DNA of 64,000 bases from Narcine bancroftii (taxonomy: Eukaryota). A program made the translations under genes and the position numbers. This document shows, piece after piece, positions 51,304-63,096 of the stretch. Every line of letters starts with the position of its first letter. The first letter of the stretch is position 1. The stretch lies in the NCBI RefSeq assembly GCF_036971445.1, contig NC_091469.1, forward strand, positions 305,350,001 to 305,414,000, given 5' to 3'. The notes beneath the pieces were generated by a model. The model was given only the letters and a program-made list of their open reading frames with translations. It ran no database searches and was not told the origin of the DNA.

Positions 51304-52863
51304 ATGATTCTGCAAATGGTTTCAGAGAAGACCACTACGAACCTCATCCACCCAGGATTCTCCTTATTGAATTTTCACAATGAAATCTTTCTTTTTGGAC
51401 AGAAAGGGTGGCCTAGAAGATCCTGCACCACAGGTGTTTTCCTTCTTCATCTCAAGGGTCATCAAATGAAGCTTAAACCCGTTTCATTTTCATCTGACTC
51501 ATGCTACCTTCCACCATTGTGTCGGCCTGCAATAACTCATTACTCTGATCCCTCAGAAACAGGAAGCCTTTTTTATCTGATTCATGGAGGGAGAACTCCA
51601 AATAATGAGCTGCTTAATTCACTATATGTCATGGTGGTTCATGACAATTCTGCCAAAAAGAGAACATCTCTTTGTTGCAGCGAAAAGAACATAAAAGGAA
51701 ATGTCCCCAAAGGAAGATATGGCCACACCATCAATGTGATTCAAAACAAGGGACAAACTATATGTGTCTTGCTTGGAGGTAGAACCTACCTTCCTCCTGG
51801 TCAAAGAACCACAGAAAACTGGAACAGCTTAGTGGATTGTTTGCCTGAGATTTACCTTATTGATATGAACACTGGCCTTTGCACATCCCACAGGCTTCCA
51901 GAAATAGAAGAAGGTTTTTCATTCCATGTTTCCATTTCAAAAATTGATACTGTCTATGTATTAGGTGGACATTCCATTAAAAACAATTATCGCCCTGCAA
52001 GGTTACTGAGTCTGAAAGTAGATCTTTCAGATGATTGTCCAAGTGTAAAATGTACAATACTGGATGGAGGCATCTCTGTATCAAGCGCTATAGTGACCCA
52101 GTCGGGTAGAGATGAGTTCATCATTGTTGGTGGCTATGAATCTGAGAGTCAGAAGCGTATGATTTGTAACACCATCGCTTTGGAGAATGATAACATTCAA
52201 ATTTTAGAAAAGGATCCCCCAGTATGGACTTGCGATATCAAAGCAAGCAAAAGCTGGTTTGGCAGTGATATGGGAAGCAGTAAAGTGTTAATAGGAATTC
52301 CAGGAGAAACAAAGCAAAATGTATCAGATGCAAACTACTTCTATATAGCAAATTTTGGAGAGCCAAAAGAAGAGAGCCAAATGTCTGCCAGCCAGGAATC
52401 CTTTACCGATCCCGAGGAATGCAGCACATTTGAAGATTCAGAAGAATTTCATTTTGAAGTGGATGCAGGTCCCTCTGATGATATGGAAAACTTGGACGAC
52501 GGTGATGAAGAAGGATACTGGATCAAATGCAGTTCCATCTGCAATCTAAATATCAAGATCTGGGTGCCTTATTACTCGACAGAATTCAATAAACCCGCAA
52601 TGATCTTCTGTTCGAATACAGGTGATGACGGACACTGGGTCCATGCTCAGTGCATGAATCTTACCGAATCACAGCTCATTCAATTCTCTCAAGAGAACAT
52701 AAAGTACTTTTGCAATGAGCATTATATTGACAGAGGAATTAAAACTCCACACAAGAAGAAGCAGCTAAAGCGAACACCAATAAAATCCCCACGCAAGAAG
52801 TCACCAGCAACATTGAAAAGGACACCAATGAAGAAGAGCTTTCTCAAGAGACTGTTTGATTGA
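51304..52863 (+). CDS. RAG2: V(D)J recombination-activating protein 2 (519 aa, single coding exon)
   Basis: Intact ORF with RAG2 hallmarks: LFGQKGWPRRSC, IHGGRTPNNE, GRYGHTINV, LLGGRTYLPPGQRTTENWNSLVDC (kelch propeller), acidic hinge (FEDSEEF...DDGDEEG), PHD finger (GYWIKC..C...KPAMIFCS...GHWVHAQC...YFCNEH) and C-terminal TP sites ending KKSFLKRLFD. Confidence 0.99.
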   Translation: MILQMVSEKTTTNLIHPGFSLLNFHNEIFLFGQKGWPRRSCTTGVFLLHLKGHQMKLKPVSFSSDSCYLPPLCRPAITHYSDPSETGSLFYLIHGGRTPNNELLNSLYVMVVHDNSAKKRTSLCCSEKNIKGNVPKGRYGHTINVIQNKGQTICVLLGGRTYLPPGQRTTENWNSLVDCLPEIYLIDMNTGLCTSHRLPEIEEGFSFHVSISKIDTVYVLGGHSIKNNYRPARLLSLKVDLSDDCPSVKCTILDGGISVSSAIVTQSGRDEFIIVGGYESESQKRMICNTIALENDNIQILEKDPPVWTCDIKASKSWFGSDMGSSKVLIGIPGETKQNVSDANYFYIANFGEPKEESQMSASQESFTDPEECSTFEDSEEFHFEVDAGPSDDMENLDDGDEEGYWIKCSSICNLNIKIWVPYYSTEFNKPAMIFCSNTGDDGHWVHAQCMNLTESQLIQFSQENIKYFCNEHYIDRGIKTPHKKKQLKRTPIKSPRKKSPATLKRTPMKKSFLKRLFD

Positions 52864-53818
52864 AATTCTAAAATTTACAACAGTAATTCTGCATGTGGAA
52901 ATTTTTAAACAATGGAGCATTTTAAATATTGATAATTGAGATAATAGAAATATTTCAACATTTTGATTTTAGCTTATTTTAGGGTTATTACTGTGCAAAG
53001 ATAGCCATCGTCGTTTTATGAAATACAAATGTCGTATTCACCAAGCCAAAACCTAATTCTAGATTAGCTTTATATCACTTATGGTGATTATAAGGTGTGA
53101 ATTATTTCTTTTTACACAAATATGTAAATAATCTGATTCCATAAGAGATACTGACTGGTCACTGTGATGCAGAAGATTCGTAGATTAGTACAAGTCACAG
53201 CACAACACATTAAAATGCAATTAACCCTGTTGAATAATGGGAACCCATGTTTGAAGGATGTGTGCAAAGACTGTGAGGCTGTTGTGGTTTGATCTTAAGC
53301 TATTTTGCAACATTAGCTTTAGTATTTATTAGGAGTTACTGCCTTGAAGTCAACATTTGATGCTCAAATGGATTTTTTTTTAACTGATTGGAAGTCTTAT
53401 TTTGTTGCGAGGCAATGATTATCAAGACAATGTTTATTAAATGTACAACTGTGGTGCTATGTAATAAAGAAACAAAAATGCTGGAATTGAGACTTTTGGA
53501 GACTTGCACAATAACCTTCATTCATTGCCAAGAAGTAAGTCAATGTGACAAACCTTAACATTTATGTTCCATCCCTTGTCCCATTTTTCTCAGAGTATGT
53601 CTTTTTTCGTGGATTCCAGTTTCAGATCATGTATTATAGTTGTCCGCATTCAATCTGGATATTTTCGGGTATTTAGTTGGCAAGCAGGTATTGTACCCTC
53701 ACAATCTAAACCATTTAGACATACATTAATAACAAACTCTGGTATCAAATCCTAACTTGGACCAATTCACATTCACCGATCAAATGCAATCACTGACCTA
53801 GTATATCCTCCTAGCAAT

Positions 53819-54167
53819 AGCCCCTTTTGCACTAGCACTGTCCCAGGAATTAATGGGAATTTACTGGGACAGGGAACACTCTCTGAACGCCGGCGTCAAA
53901 TGACGTCATTTCATGTTGGGGATTAAACGCCTCTACCCCTACTCATAACTCTAGCATTTGCTGACACTGGTGCGTGCTGATAAAACCAGTGAAAAAGGGG
54001 CAGCAGAAAGTCACCCATTTCCATTTGAAGGTGGAACACTCCGATCCCCGGGGATGAGTTATGTTCAGTGGAAAAGCAATTAGTGGCCCAGTGGAAACAG
54101 CACAAAGGGCTTCCTATCCCGGGACACTTCACAGCCAATTAACTGAGATGCCAGTGGAAAAGGGGTT
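53819..54167. mobile_element. TIR MITE, PIF/Harbinger-like
   Basis: Termini agccccttttgcactagca / tgccagtggaaaaggggtt with internal CAGTGGAAA repeats; superfamily tentative. Confidence 0.6.
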
Positions 54168-54289
54168 ATAGATTCAACATCTTGGAATATATATTGTGTT
54201 CTGTGGAGAAAAATACCTTGGATTCATTAGTCTCTGAGTGAATAATTTTCTTACCTTATTTATAAGTCATTTAATTTGAGACTAGGGCC

Positions 54290-54830
54290 TTTGGTTTTAC
54301 TTCACCTCCTGGGCCATCGGAAACATCCTTCCCTGCGTCCCATCTGTTAAGCCTTGTCAATTTCATTGAAATCTCCACTTGTTTTTCTAAGCCGTAGTGA
54401 GTGTCAGCCTAATCAACCCAATTTTTCTTCATGCAGCAGTCCTGCCATCCAAGGACTGTCTAATAAACTTTCATTGTACATTTTCATTGCCATGTATATT
54501 CTTCCTTCAATAAGGAGGCCGAAACTGAATGCAGTGCTCCAGATGTGGTCTCACCAAAGCCCTGCACAATGGTAGCTAGACATCCTTGTTCATGCACACA
54601 AAACCTCAAAGCCAATGAAAGCCAACACAATTCTTAACTGCTTGCTGCACCTGCAAACCTGCTTTCAGTGATAGGTGTACAAGATCTCCAAGGTCGATTT
54701 GTATCAATCTAAACTTCCTCATCTATCATGAGTTAAATCATTCACTACCTCTCTGCTTTGCCAACCAATGTGACAACTTTGCATTCTTCCCACATTATAA
54801 TGCAGTGATTTGCCACCCTCCATTCAAATG
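54290..54830 (-). mobile_element. Old CR1-type LINE fragment
   Basis: aactgaatgcagtgctccagatgtggtctcaccaaagccctg encodes LVRPHLEHCIQF on the minus strand. Confidence 0.65.
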
Positions 54831-55024
54831 GAGCAAATCCATAATCTATCGAATTTTGGAAGGTAACAAGTAGACAAGAATGAAACACAAAACTATACAG
54901 ATGCTGTGATTGTAGTAAAAACACAGAAATGCTGGAGGAACTCAGCTGGGCTCGCAGTATGCATAGGAGGTAAATATATGTTATCAATATTTTGGGCCTA
55001 AGCCCTTCTTCATATCTTGAAGGT

Positions 55025-56177
55025 ATGAACCCACTGCAATTCGGCCATCATCACAATCACTCCATAGCAAATGCAATATTGCTGGCTCTCCACTCAGCTT
55101 TGGATCACCTAGAAAACAGAAATGCATACATATGGCTGCTCTTCTTCGACTACAGATCAGCCTTCATTATTCCTCAGTGCAGGTCAAAAAGCTTCAAACT
55201 CTTAGCTTCTACACCCCTTCTGCAACTGGATCCTTGACTTCCTCATTGGAAGACTATAGTCAGTACAAATTGGAAACATTGTCTCCTCCACACAGGTGCA
55301 CCTCGAGGATGCGTACTTAGCCCACAGCTCTATTCATTATACACCCATGACTGTGAAGCCAACCACAATTCCAATGCCATCTACAAATTTGCTGATGACA
55401 TCACAGTTGTCAGCAAAATCACAAATGGCAATGAGGGATCAAGCAGGAAGGAGATAGATCAGCTCGTTTAGTGGTGTCATGCCAACAACCTTGAGCTTAA
55501 TGTTAGCAAAACCAAGGAAATGATTGTTGACTTCAGGAGGAAGTCAGGGATACATGACCCAGGCCTCATTGAGGGCTCAGTAGTGGAGAAGGTCAAGAAC
55601 TTCAAATTCCTGGGTGTCAGCATCTCCAATGATCTGTCCTAAAACCTTCATGTCGATGCAATCACGAAGAAGGCTCACCAGTGGCTATACTTTGTGAGGT
55701 GTTTGAAGAGACAGAGGCTCTCAGAAACTTCTTCAGGAGTACCGTGGAGAGCATTCTGGCCGGTTGCATCACTGTCTGGTAAGGAGGTCCCAACTCTCAG
55801 GACAAAAATAAACTCCAGAGGGTTGTTAACTCAGCCTGCGACATAACAGGCACCAGAATTCACTCCATCGAGGACATCTACGAGGAGGTGTCTTAAAAAA
55901 GCAGCCTCTATCCTCAAAGACCCCCATAACCCAGGCCATGCCCTCTTCACTCTGCTACTATTGGGAAAAAGGTACAGGAGCCTAAAGACGAGCACTCAGC
56001 AGCACAAGGACAGTTTCTTCCCCGCTGCCATCAGATTCCTGAAGACACTGCCTTACTTTTTGTGCACTACTTTTTTTATTTATTGTTGTAAGGTGGTCTA
56101 TATGAATGTTTGCACTATTACGTTGCCACAAAACAACAATTTTTGTGATTTGTTCGTGATAAAAAATTCTGATTCTG
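55025..56177 (+). mobile_element. Rex1/Babar-type LINE 3' half
   Basis: Decayed RT (ALHSALDHLE...LFFDY.SAF; YTHDC...NAIYKFADD; KTKEMIVDFRR; FKFLGVSIS) and ATTCTG tail. Confidence 0.85.
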
Positions 56178-57015
56178 CTTCTAAAACCTCATGGGATCCA
56201 GAGTCAATGTTGAAGGTTCCCTGGAGCTTTCATCCTCAATTGCATACAATTGTGCCACCATCTCTGGTGGATCAGTTTGCTGTAGAACAGGATTTATTGC
56301 TGAGACATTGGATGAAAAGTAGGACTTCATTATTTTGACTAGATTAGACTTTTACTGACCAGTCTGTTGGACAGCTCTTCTAATTTAGATCGCAAACTCT
56401 TGATATTTGTGAGGAGGACACTGCAAATCGAACTCGGCACAAGCAACTGCACTGCTCAAATATAGTGCCAAGGTCAGTTAATTGGTATGCTTTAATCATA
56501 ATCCTTTGTTAGGACAATTTAGAGGGCAGATAAGAGTCAAAAACATTGGTATGAGTCTGGAGTCACATGTGGACCTGTTATAAGTGAGCCAGATGAGTTT
56601 TAACAACATTCTGATAACTTCAGGATCATTGGGGCCAGCCTTTTATTAAACAGTTACAATATCTGTTATCCTGTTTAAATTTAGACATACAGCACAGTTA
56701 CAAGCCCTTCTGGCCCAGAAGCCTGTGCCACCCAGTTACATCCAATTGACCTTCAACCCCCGGGTATGTATTGAAGGATGGGAGGAAACCTATGCTGATA
56801 CAGGGAGAATGTACAAACTCCTTATAGATAGCTCCAGATTCGAACCTGGGTAACACACACTGTAATTGCCTTGTGCGAACCACTATGCTAACTGTGCTGC
56901 TCCTTTTAACCACCCCTCTCCCAATTTTAATGGCAGAGTTTGCCATTAAAAGATCAAAAGGATTGAACATTCATCCTTTTTATTCCACCAAGTGTTGAAT
57001 ATCTTACCTCTGGAG

Positions 57016-57379
57016 CAGTGATTCTCAACCTTTTTCTTTCACTCACATACCACTTTAAGTAATCCCTATGCCATTGGTGCTCTGCGATTAGTAAGGAATT
57101 GTTTAAAGTGGTATTTGAGTGGGAAGGGAAGGTTGAGAATCACTGCTTTAGAACAAATTGTTGCTGAAATATTTTGCATGAGAAAAATTGTCATTGGCTC
57201 ATTTTCTTTGGAGTTATGAAACCGAGCACATAACAAGGCAATTAGGTACAATTAAAACAGTGGTTTTCAAACTTTTTCTTCACACCAATTAGTAAGCAAT
57301 TGCTTACTAATCACAGACCAACTATGGCATAGGGAATACTAGTGGTATGTGAGGGAAAGAAAATGATTGACAACCACTG
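57016..57379. mobile_element. Composite hAT MITE, copy 3 (RAG2-RAG1 intergenic)
   Basis: Same structure; degenerate TSD CTCTGGAG / CTCTAGTG. Confidence 0.88.
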
Positions 57380-59130
57380 CTCTAGTGCTTTAATGTGATT
57401 CCTGAAAGATGCTTCAAAAAGCATGCATTCAAACTCAACTTTGGTGCCCATCGGCTGTGTGGGAGCTTTTGTACTGGATTCACAGGAAAATCATTATCCC
57501 ATTTGATGTTCCCCATGTCTCCTGCTCCTGCCTTGTGATCGTCTTCTTTTCCAAACCTGGGGGTTTGGGTCCAACTAATTCCTTTCCCACAGAGCCAGTC
57601 CGCAGCAGCTGAGTAGTTAGACAGCAACTGCAAATCACCATTGGCAGTTAAATGAGGCCGAAAGCAAACCCTTTTCAGGACATGACAAATAAGCCCTCAA
57701 GCCAGTTCCAGTGGTCTGATGTATTGGTTTTAGTCACTTGAATTGCAGTGGCACTGAATTTAAATAACTGTTAAGTGTAAAATACAAATTACACATCACC
57801 ATCAGTTTGAAAGCTTGAAATTTTTATTTTGAAAAGAAGCAGAAAAAAATATTTGACAAGGTACATTTCCAATCTTTACAAAGAATTCAAAGACTTGGAG
57901 TTATTTAACCACAACACTCTCCACAACTGCAAAGTGTAGTAAAATTACGACCAAGCATTCTTGATTTGAGACATTTGCACTACTTCTCTGTCCTTTACAG
58001 TCTGTCTGATAAGTATTCCAGGATGTTAGTATTTTTAGTAGTTGTTTAACCTCTTGGTATGACCCTTAAGTAAATAGGTACTGTGATTGAGCAAAGATCT
58101 TTTTAAACAATTTTTGAACTGGCTTATTGAAAGCACAGAGTTTATTTGATATCAAAATTTGCTTTTTATACCAGCCAAATACAGAAAATTGACTTGATTG
58201 AATCAAACTGCAGCTTGAAATGCAACTGTATCTAGTCTGACTCATATAAGCCCTGTAATATGAGAAATTAACAATGCACAAAAACTGATTTAAATTCCAT
58301 GTAGAATATAAAAAGGATAATGATTTGACAAAATAAAAATTCAATTTTAAATGAACACATTCTACCCATGATCAAAACACTTACATTTCAGTTAAGTCAT
58401 ATTTGAATCTGCTTTAACCTCAATCAATTAAAATATAGCTCTTCCTTCATCATATTTTTCTTCTTCAGTTGAGAGGGAAATAACGTTAGCTTATATGAGC
58501 AACATATGTCATCGTTTCCTTCCAGCTTTTTGATGGCAATATAGTACTGCTGCCAAACACACCCATAAGGATTGCAATAGCTGCATTTGGCAAGTCCCTG
58601 ATTTTACATTGCAGCAGAGAGTTAAACATCAAAGCAGTTGTGTCCATTCTTTGGGATCTTGTACTTTCATATATTATTTATTTCAAAAGTAAGGAAAATG
58701 CATTGGTATTGAAAGAATAAATCTTATGCATTTATGAAACACAAGTTATACATTTGTGACACAATTTATTGCAGACTAATCCCATTCCTGTGACATGACA
58801 ATGTACGATTTTCTTTTATATTTTGACAATGGAAAATAAATCACACCCGGCCATGAAACCAATGTTATATGTTCCCTGTAATTTATTGTGTCTGTAGAAA
58901 ACTATCAATATAAAGCACAACCTGGCTTTCACTTGCCAAAAATGATGTAGCAATGATCATCATTGGAAAAGAAAACAGCGTCTGCACAGTGACAAAACTA
59001 ATGATGCATATACTTAGGTAAGAAGATAAACTACAATGTTTTTTTTATACCTAATAAAAACCACCAGTAACCAATAAAACAAGATGTTCCAAGGGTAAAA
59101 CGGTTATATGGTGGCATCAGAAGTTACAGT

Positions 59131-59197
59131 TTCTTTGGCTTGGCTTCGCGGACGAAGATTTATGGAGGGGTAAAGTCCATGTCAGCTGCAGGCTCGT
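59131..59197 (-). mobile_element. 67-bp RTE 3' terminus downstream of the RAG1 stop
   Basis: ttctttggcttggcttcgcggacgaagatttatggagggg... matches the termini of the other copies. Confidence 0.9.
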
Positions 59198-59961
59198 ACT
59201 GGACAGTAGAACTACGTAAAAGAACTAAGGGATGTACACTTTATGCTGCCTACTTTGAGGTTCAGACTCAACAGCTTACATCCACGAAAGAGGCCTGAGT
59301 ACTGGAAAAACTCATTTAGCAGGAGTGATCTGGATGACTATGACGAGCTGTCAGTATACCATACGCTTTCACAGGCAGCTCTCTCATTGGGAAATAATTT
59401 GAGCCACTGCATTGGTTGCAAAAATCACTGGATGCATTTTACCTCCCATCTTCAATGTAATAAACAACCTTGAAGTTTAAAATTAGACAAATACATTTTT
59501 TTCAAAGCGATCAGCAAAGCACAGCAAAGCATTACAATTAATTTAGTGGCATTACGTGACTCACATGGGTTGGTGATTGTCATTTTATCCCAACAAGAAA
59601 CATGCTCTTGTTGCTTTTCAAAAGGTTTTCATTTAGCATTCATAAAATTAAACAAACTCCTTCATTTGAAAAATTTTCTCTTTCAACCGGAGAACTTAAC
59701 CAATGTTCTGTGATAATCTAACAAGATCCAAACAATCCAGCAAGGTTCACTGATGTGCGGTTGCTTTCCACTTGGGCTGCAGTTGGTACATACATACATA
59801 TATCAACTGGCCTTGTCCACCATATCCTGATCATATTCTCTTCATCACACCACTGAGACTTCATCAACACCAACACTGCTTCTTGGTGTTGGCTACAATA
59901 AGCCACCACTGTACAGACTTCTATGGTTAAAAATTCTTTGAACCAAATTCAGCCCTAGAAC

Positions 59962-62900
59962 TCAAAATAAATCATTATCATCTATTGGGTTATTTTTGCT
60001 TATTATTGCATCGGGGTCAAATGGAACTGTTAAATTTTCCAATGTTTTCTGCATGTACATGAACCTCTGTAAATACTTTGAAGTATACAACCAGTGGTGC
60101 TTCAGAATATCTTCTAACTCATAGCTCTTGGACTGCCTTGCATTCATCTTTCTGAAACGCCGGAAGAGCTTATTGCCTGATTCATTCCCTTCACTTGCCC
60201 ACGCCCCTATTGAGCCATCTCTTTCAATGATCTCAGGGACATGAGCCAAAGTCTTATGAAGGTAGTTGGTGATCTTCCCATCATATCGGTACTTGAATTT
60301 GGTGCAAAGAAGTTCGGCAAATCTCTGGGAATGAAAGCTGTACTGGCAAAGAAGATCAGGGCACTCTCTGTTTGGGAATGTGGATCGCCACACAGGTTTC
60401 ATGAGAATGTAAAGTTGCATCAGCTCTCTGAGAATCTCTCGTCTTTCTGCAGAGGGAATCAACTCGCACACTGCTTCCACAGTCTCTTTAGTCATTAATT
60501 TCCTTGCAAAGTTTCCATTCAGCCTCATGATGGGTTTCAGGTTCATCCTCTTCCGAAGATGCTTATCGAGCATTGTTTGCCACCTTTTCCTTTCCTCCTT
60601 AGACGGGTGGGGATTTTTGTGCATCTCTCCAATCTCATCCTGGAACAGCTTGTAGAATTCAGTTGCATTCCCAATGTCACAGTGCAGGGCATCAATGGAG
60701 GGCTGTGTCTCGATGAATGGTTTTGCAGAAACCCCCTTCACTCTATCGCGTAACTCCTCAGCTGTCTCATGATATGGATTTGTACGCCAAATCTCATAGC
60801 GTTCCAAATTCTCTTCATGGCTCCTTGTTATGGAATGAAGGATCAAATTTTGTGAAGCCTCCGCTCGAGTGGCATCACATAATGTGCACACGTACATAGA
60901 GCCTGAGGCTTCAAGGCCTTCGATTTCACGGACCAGCTTTTCGTCATACCCCGTGCCTTTGAAAATAAACTGAAAGGACCTGAGCAAATCCCCAATTTCA
61001 AGGATTAAATCACTGTTTTTCATTGCTTCCCGTTCTGCAACTACTGGACCCAGTATGGCTGTCAAGGTTTCGTGGTCAGATTCATCTGCCAGCATCAGGC
61101 AAAGTGGCTTGCAGCACAACTCAGAATTTGGCTTTAACTCTTCAAAGATCTTTACTATTTCATTATTTTCATTCACCACACTTATAGTCATGATCGTAAA
61201 AGAATACCTCACTGCCTTTTCTGGAACTGAAGGGCCACATCCATGTTTTTCACTAACATCCCCCATTCCATCACAGGACTCTTTGATTGTCACAGTAAAT
61301 GGTCCACCAAAACATTCATCTATATTTTGGCTTTTTAAACCTTCCAAAATGTTATCCTCAAGATCTTTCAGCGCCGAAACAATTGCCACATCATATCTAA
61401 ATCGTCTTGAAATTGTTTCCATTGAGCAATCATCAATATAACGTGGCCAGCCACATGTGCCATCTATTATTCCCACGTCTGCTTTGGTGGAGACATTTGC
61501 TAGAGGAGGTTCCCATTCAAATGAATAATAACCTGGCAACAATGTCTTCTCTGTGCTTCGGAGTACATGCAGTGGTTGGAAGATTTGCTTCCCAGTAGCT
61601 GCTTTAACGGTTTTGTACATTTTATGGTACTGACTGCAACTCAGAAATGTACTGACCCTGATGGCAAGAGAGACTGCTGGTTTCAGCGTCGATCCTTGTC
61701 CTTGCATGAGAGCTTCCAGTTCATCTGCTTGTCTGTGCTCATTTCCAGCTCTCAATACTAACAGAAACAGAGTGAGGCACACTGATTTCACATCACCACC
61801 TTCCTCCTTATCCGCAAATGCCTTCACCTGAAGTTTGAGCTTTCGTAGACGGTGTTTCTGAGCCCTGCGTGTGAGAGAGAGTAAATGTTGCCGTGGCCGG
61901 CCACCCTTGTTTATTGGTGAGTAGGCATGCAACATTCTTGTTTCTTTGTGATTCTTGGCATGATTGGGATATTCACCAAGTCTCACCTCCTCTCCACAGT
62001 CTGTCACTGGGCACTTTAGAACTAATAAACTGAGGACACTTAAGAAAGATTTCACTGGGCTTTTGAAGTCTGAAGAATCACAGGGAAACCAACAAACTGG
62101 ACAATATTTTCCTAACACTGTGGTACATTTGAGAATGCATGTTCTGCAGAAAAGGTGCTTGCAGGGTGTCTGCACAGGATCAGCCAGCAAGTGCTCGCAG
62201 GCCTGGCATGTCACAGACTGAATAAAGTTATTGGGATAATCAAGCACAAGAAGCTTTGAATTTAGATGGCACTTCTTGCAGTTCACAATCTTTTTAGCCA
62301 GTGAAATGCTCACTGAATTTATTTGATCTTGTCTTTTAACAATCCTTGATCTAATTGGTATATCAACTGTTATTTTGGGCTTCTTAGCGACTGGAGGACT
62401 TCGCTTAAGAACTTTACGTTTGCGAGGGCCACTAGGAATATTGCACATGCTGCAAAAAGTGGAGTGTGGTTTCCACTGCACAGTCGTGCCAATGGGAAAG
62501 AATGCATCTTCGTTGGTTGTGTTGTTGATTGTCTGAATAATAATACGCCAACAATTGTAGCAAAAGTGGGTGGGATGCCTGGCTTCCAAATCCGTCCTGA
62601 CATCTATGTTAAATGTGTTGTGGATGAGTTCTGGCCAAAAACTGTTTCCGAATCCCATTTTTCGCAGAACCTCTTGGGTGACCTCATCAACAGAGCCATT
62701 GACTGGGTATTTCATGTCATAACTGTTAGTATCAAAGGAAACTCCACAGATGCGGCAGAGATTTTGCAATCTTAACATATGTTCTTCTGAAGATTTTGTT
62801 TCCATTTGCCTATATTCATAAAATTTGGCTTTTGGTGGGCCGACCTCTGAGGACATATGTTCCAGGGATTTATCTTCCAAAGTCTTCTTGTCCAAGGGCA

Positions 62901-63096
62901 ATGTTTCCAAGGACATAACTCCCAGTGGCTTGATCTGAGGGGATGACATTTGCCACATTGGACTATGAACTGGCAGAACAGCCTGAGACTCAAAAGCCTC
63001 TGCTGCAGAAATGTTGGCTTTCTTTGGGACATTATCTGCTAGTCTGGTTTCTGAATTCCTGAAATATTCAGGAATTATTTGCATAGGCATTTCCAT
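59962..63096 (-). CDS. RAG1: V(D)J recombination-activating protein 1 (about 1044 aa, intronless CDS)
   Basis: CND (LCRICG...[10 protein letters not shown]...WKPH), C3HC4 RING (CQACEH...CKHLFCRTC...CPVC), [14 protein letters not shown], catalytic ESCDGMGD / GTGYDEK / SEGNESGNK. The ORF track starts at 63165, but a splice acceptor (ctccattAG; exon starts 63115) lies 19 nt before the ATG at 63096, so M24 is the likely start. Confidence 0.99.
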   Translation of the reverse strand: MEMPMQIIPEYFRNSETRLADNVPKKANISAAEAFESQAVLPVHSPMWQMSSPQIKPLGVMSLETLPLDKKTLEDKSLEHMSSEVGPPKAKFYEYRQMETKSSEEHMLRLQNLCRICGVSFDTNSYDMKYPVNGSVDEVTQEVLRKMGFGNSFWPELIHNTFNIDVRTDLEARHPTHFCYNCWRIIIQTINNTTNEDAFFPIGTTVQWKPHSTFCSMCNIPSGPRKRKVLKRSPPVAKKPKITVDIPIRSRIVKRQDQINSVSISLAKKIVNCKKCHLNSKLLVLDYPNNFIQSVTCQACEHLLADPVQTPCKHLFCRTCILKCTTVLGKYCPVCWFPCDSSDFKSPVKSFLSVLSLLVLKCPVTDCGEEVRLGEYPNHAKNHKETRMLHAYSPINKGGRPRQHLLSLTRRAQKHRLRKLKLQVKAFADKEEGGDVKSVCLTLFLLVLRAGNEHRQADELEALMQGQGSTLKPAVSLAIRVSTFLSCSQYHKMYKTVKAATGKQIFQPLHVLRSTEKTLLPGYYSFEWEPPLANVSTKADVGIIDGTCGWPRYIDDCSMETISRRFRYDVAIVSALKDLEDNILEGLKSQNIDECFGGPFTVTIKESCDGMGDVSEKHGCGPSVPEKAVRYSFTIMTISVVNENNEIVKIFEELKPNSELCCKPLCLMLADESDHETLTAILGPVVAEREAMKNSDLILEIGDLLRSFQFIFKGTGYDEKLVREIEGLEASGSMYVCTLCDATRAEASQNLILHSITRSHEENLERYEIWRTNPYHETAEELRDRVKGVSAKPFIETQPSIDALHCDIGNATEFYKLFQDEIGEMHKNPHPSKEERKRWQTMLDKHLRKRMNLKPIMRLNGNFARKLMTKETVEAVCELIPSAERREILRELMQLYILMKPVWRSTFPNRECPDLLCQYSFHSQRFAELLCTKFKYRYDGKITNYLHKTLAHVPEIIERDGSIGAWASEGNESGNKLFRRFRKMNARQSKSYELEDILKHHWLYTSKYLQRFMYMQKTLENLTVPFDPDAIISKNNPIDDNDLF

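Noticed and set aside
58985-59000. CACAGTG directly followed by ACAAAACTA (RSS heptamer plus nonamer-like)
   Set aside because: Zero spacer instead of 12 or 23 nt, so not a functional RSS; it also lies between the genes, not where RAG transposon TIRs would be. Other heptamers checked (near 9173 and 53160) lack a nonamer.
60241-63032. Antisense and alternative-frame ORFs within RAG1 (likewise within RAG2 and the RTE copies)
   Set aside because: Shadow ORFs of real coding sequence.
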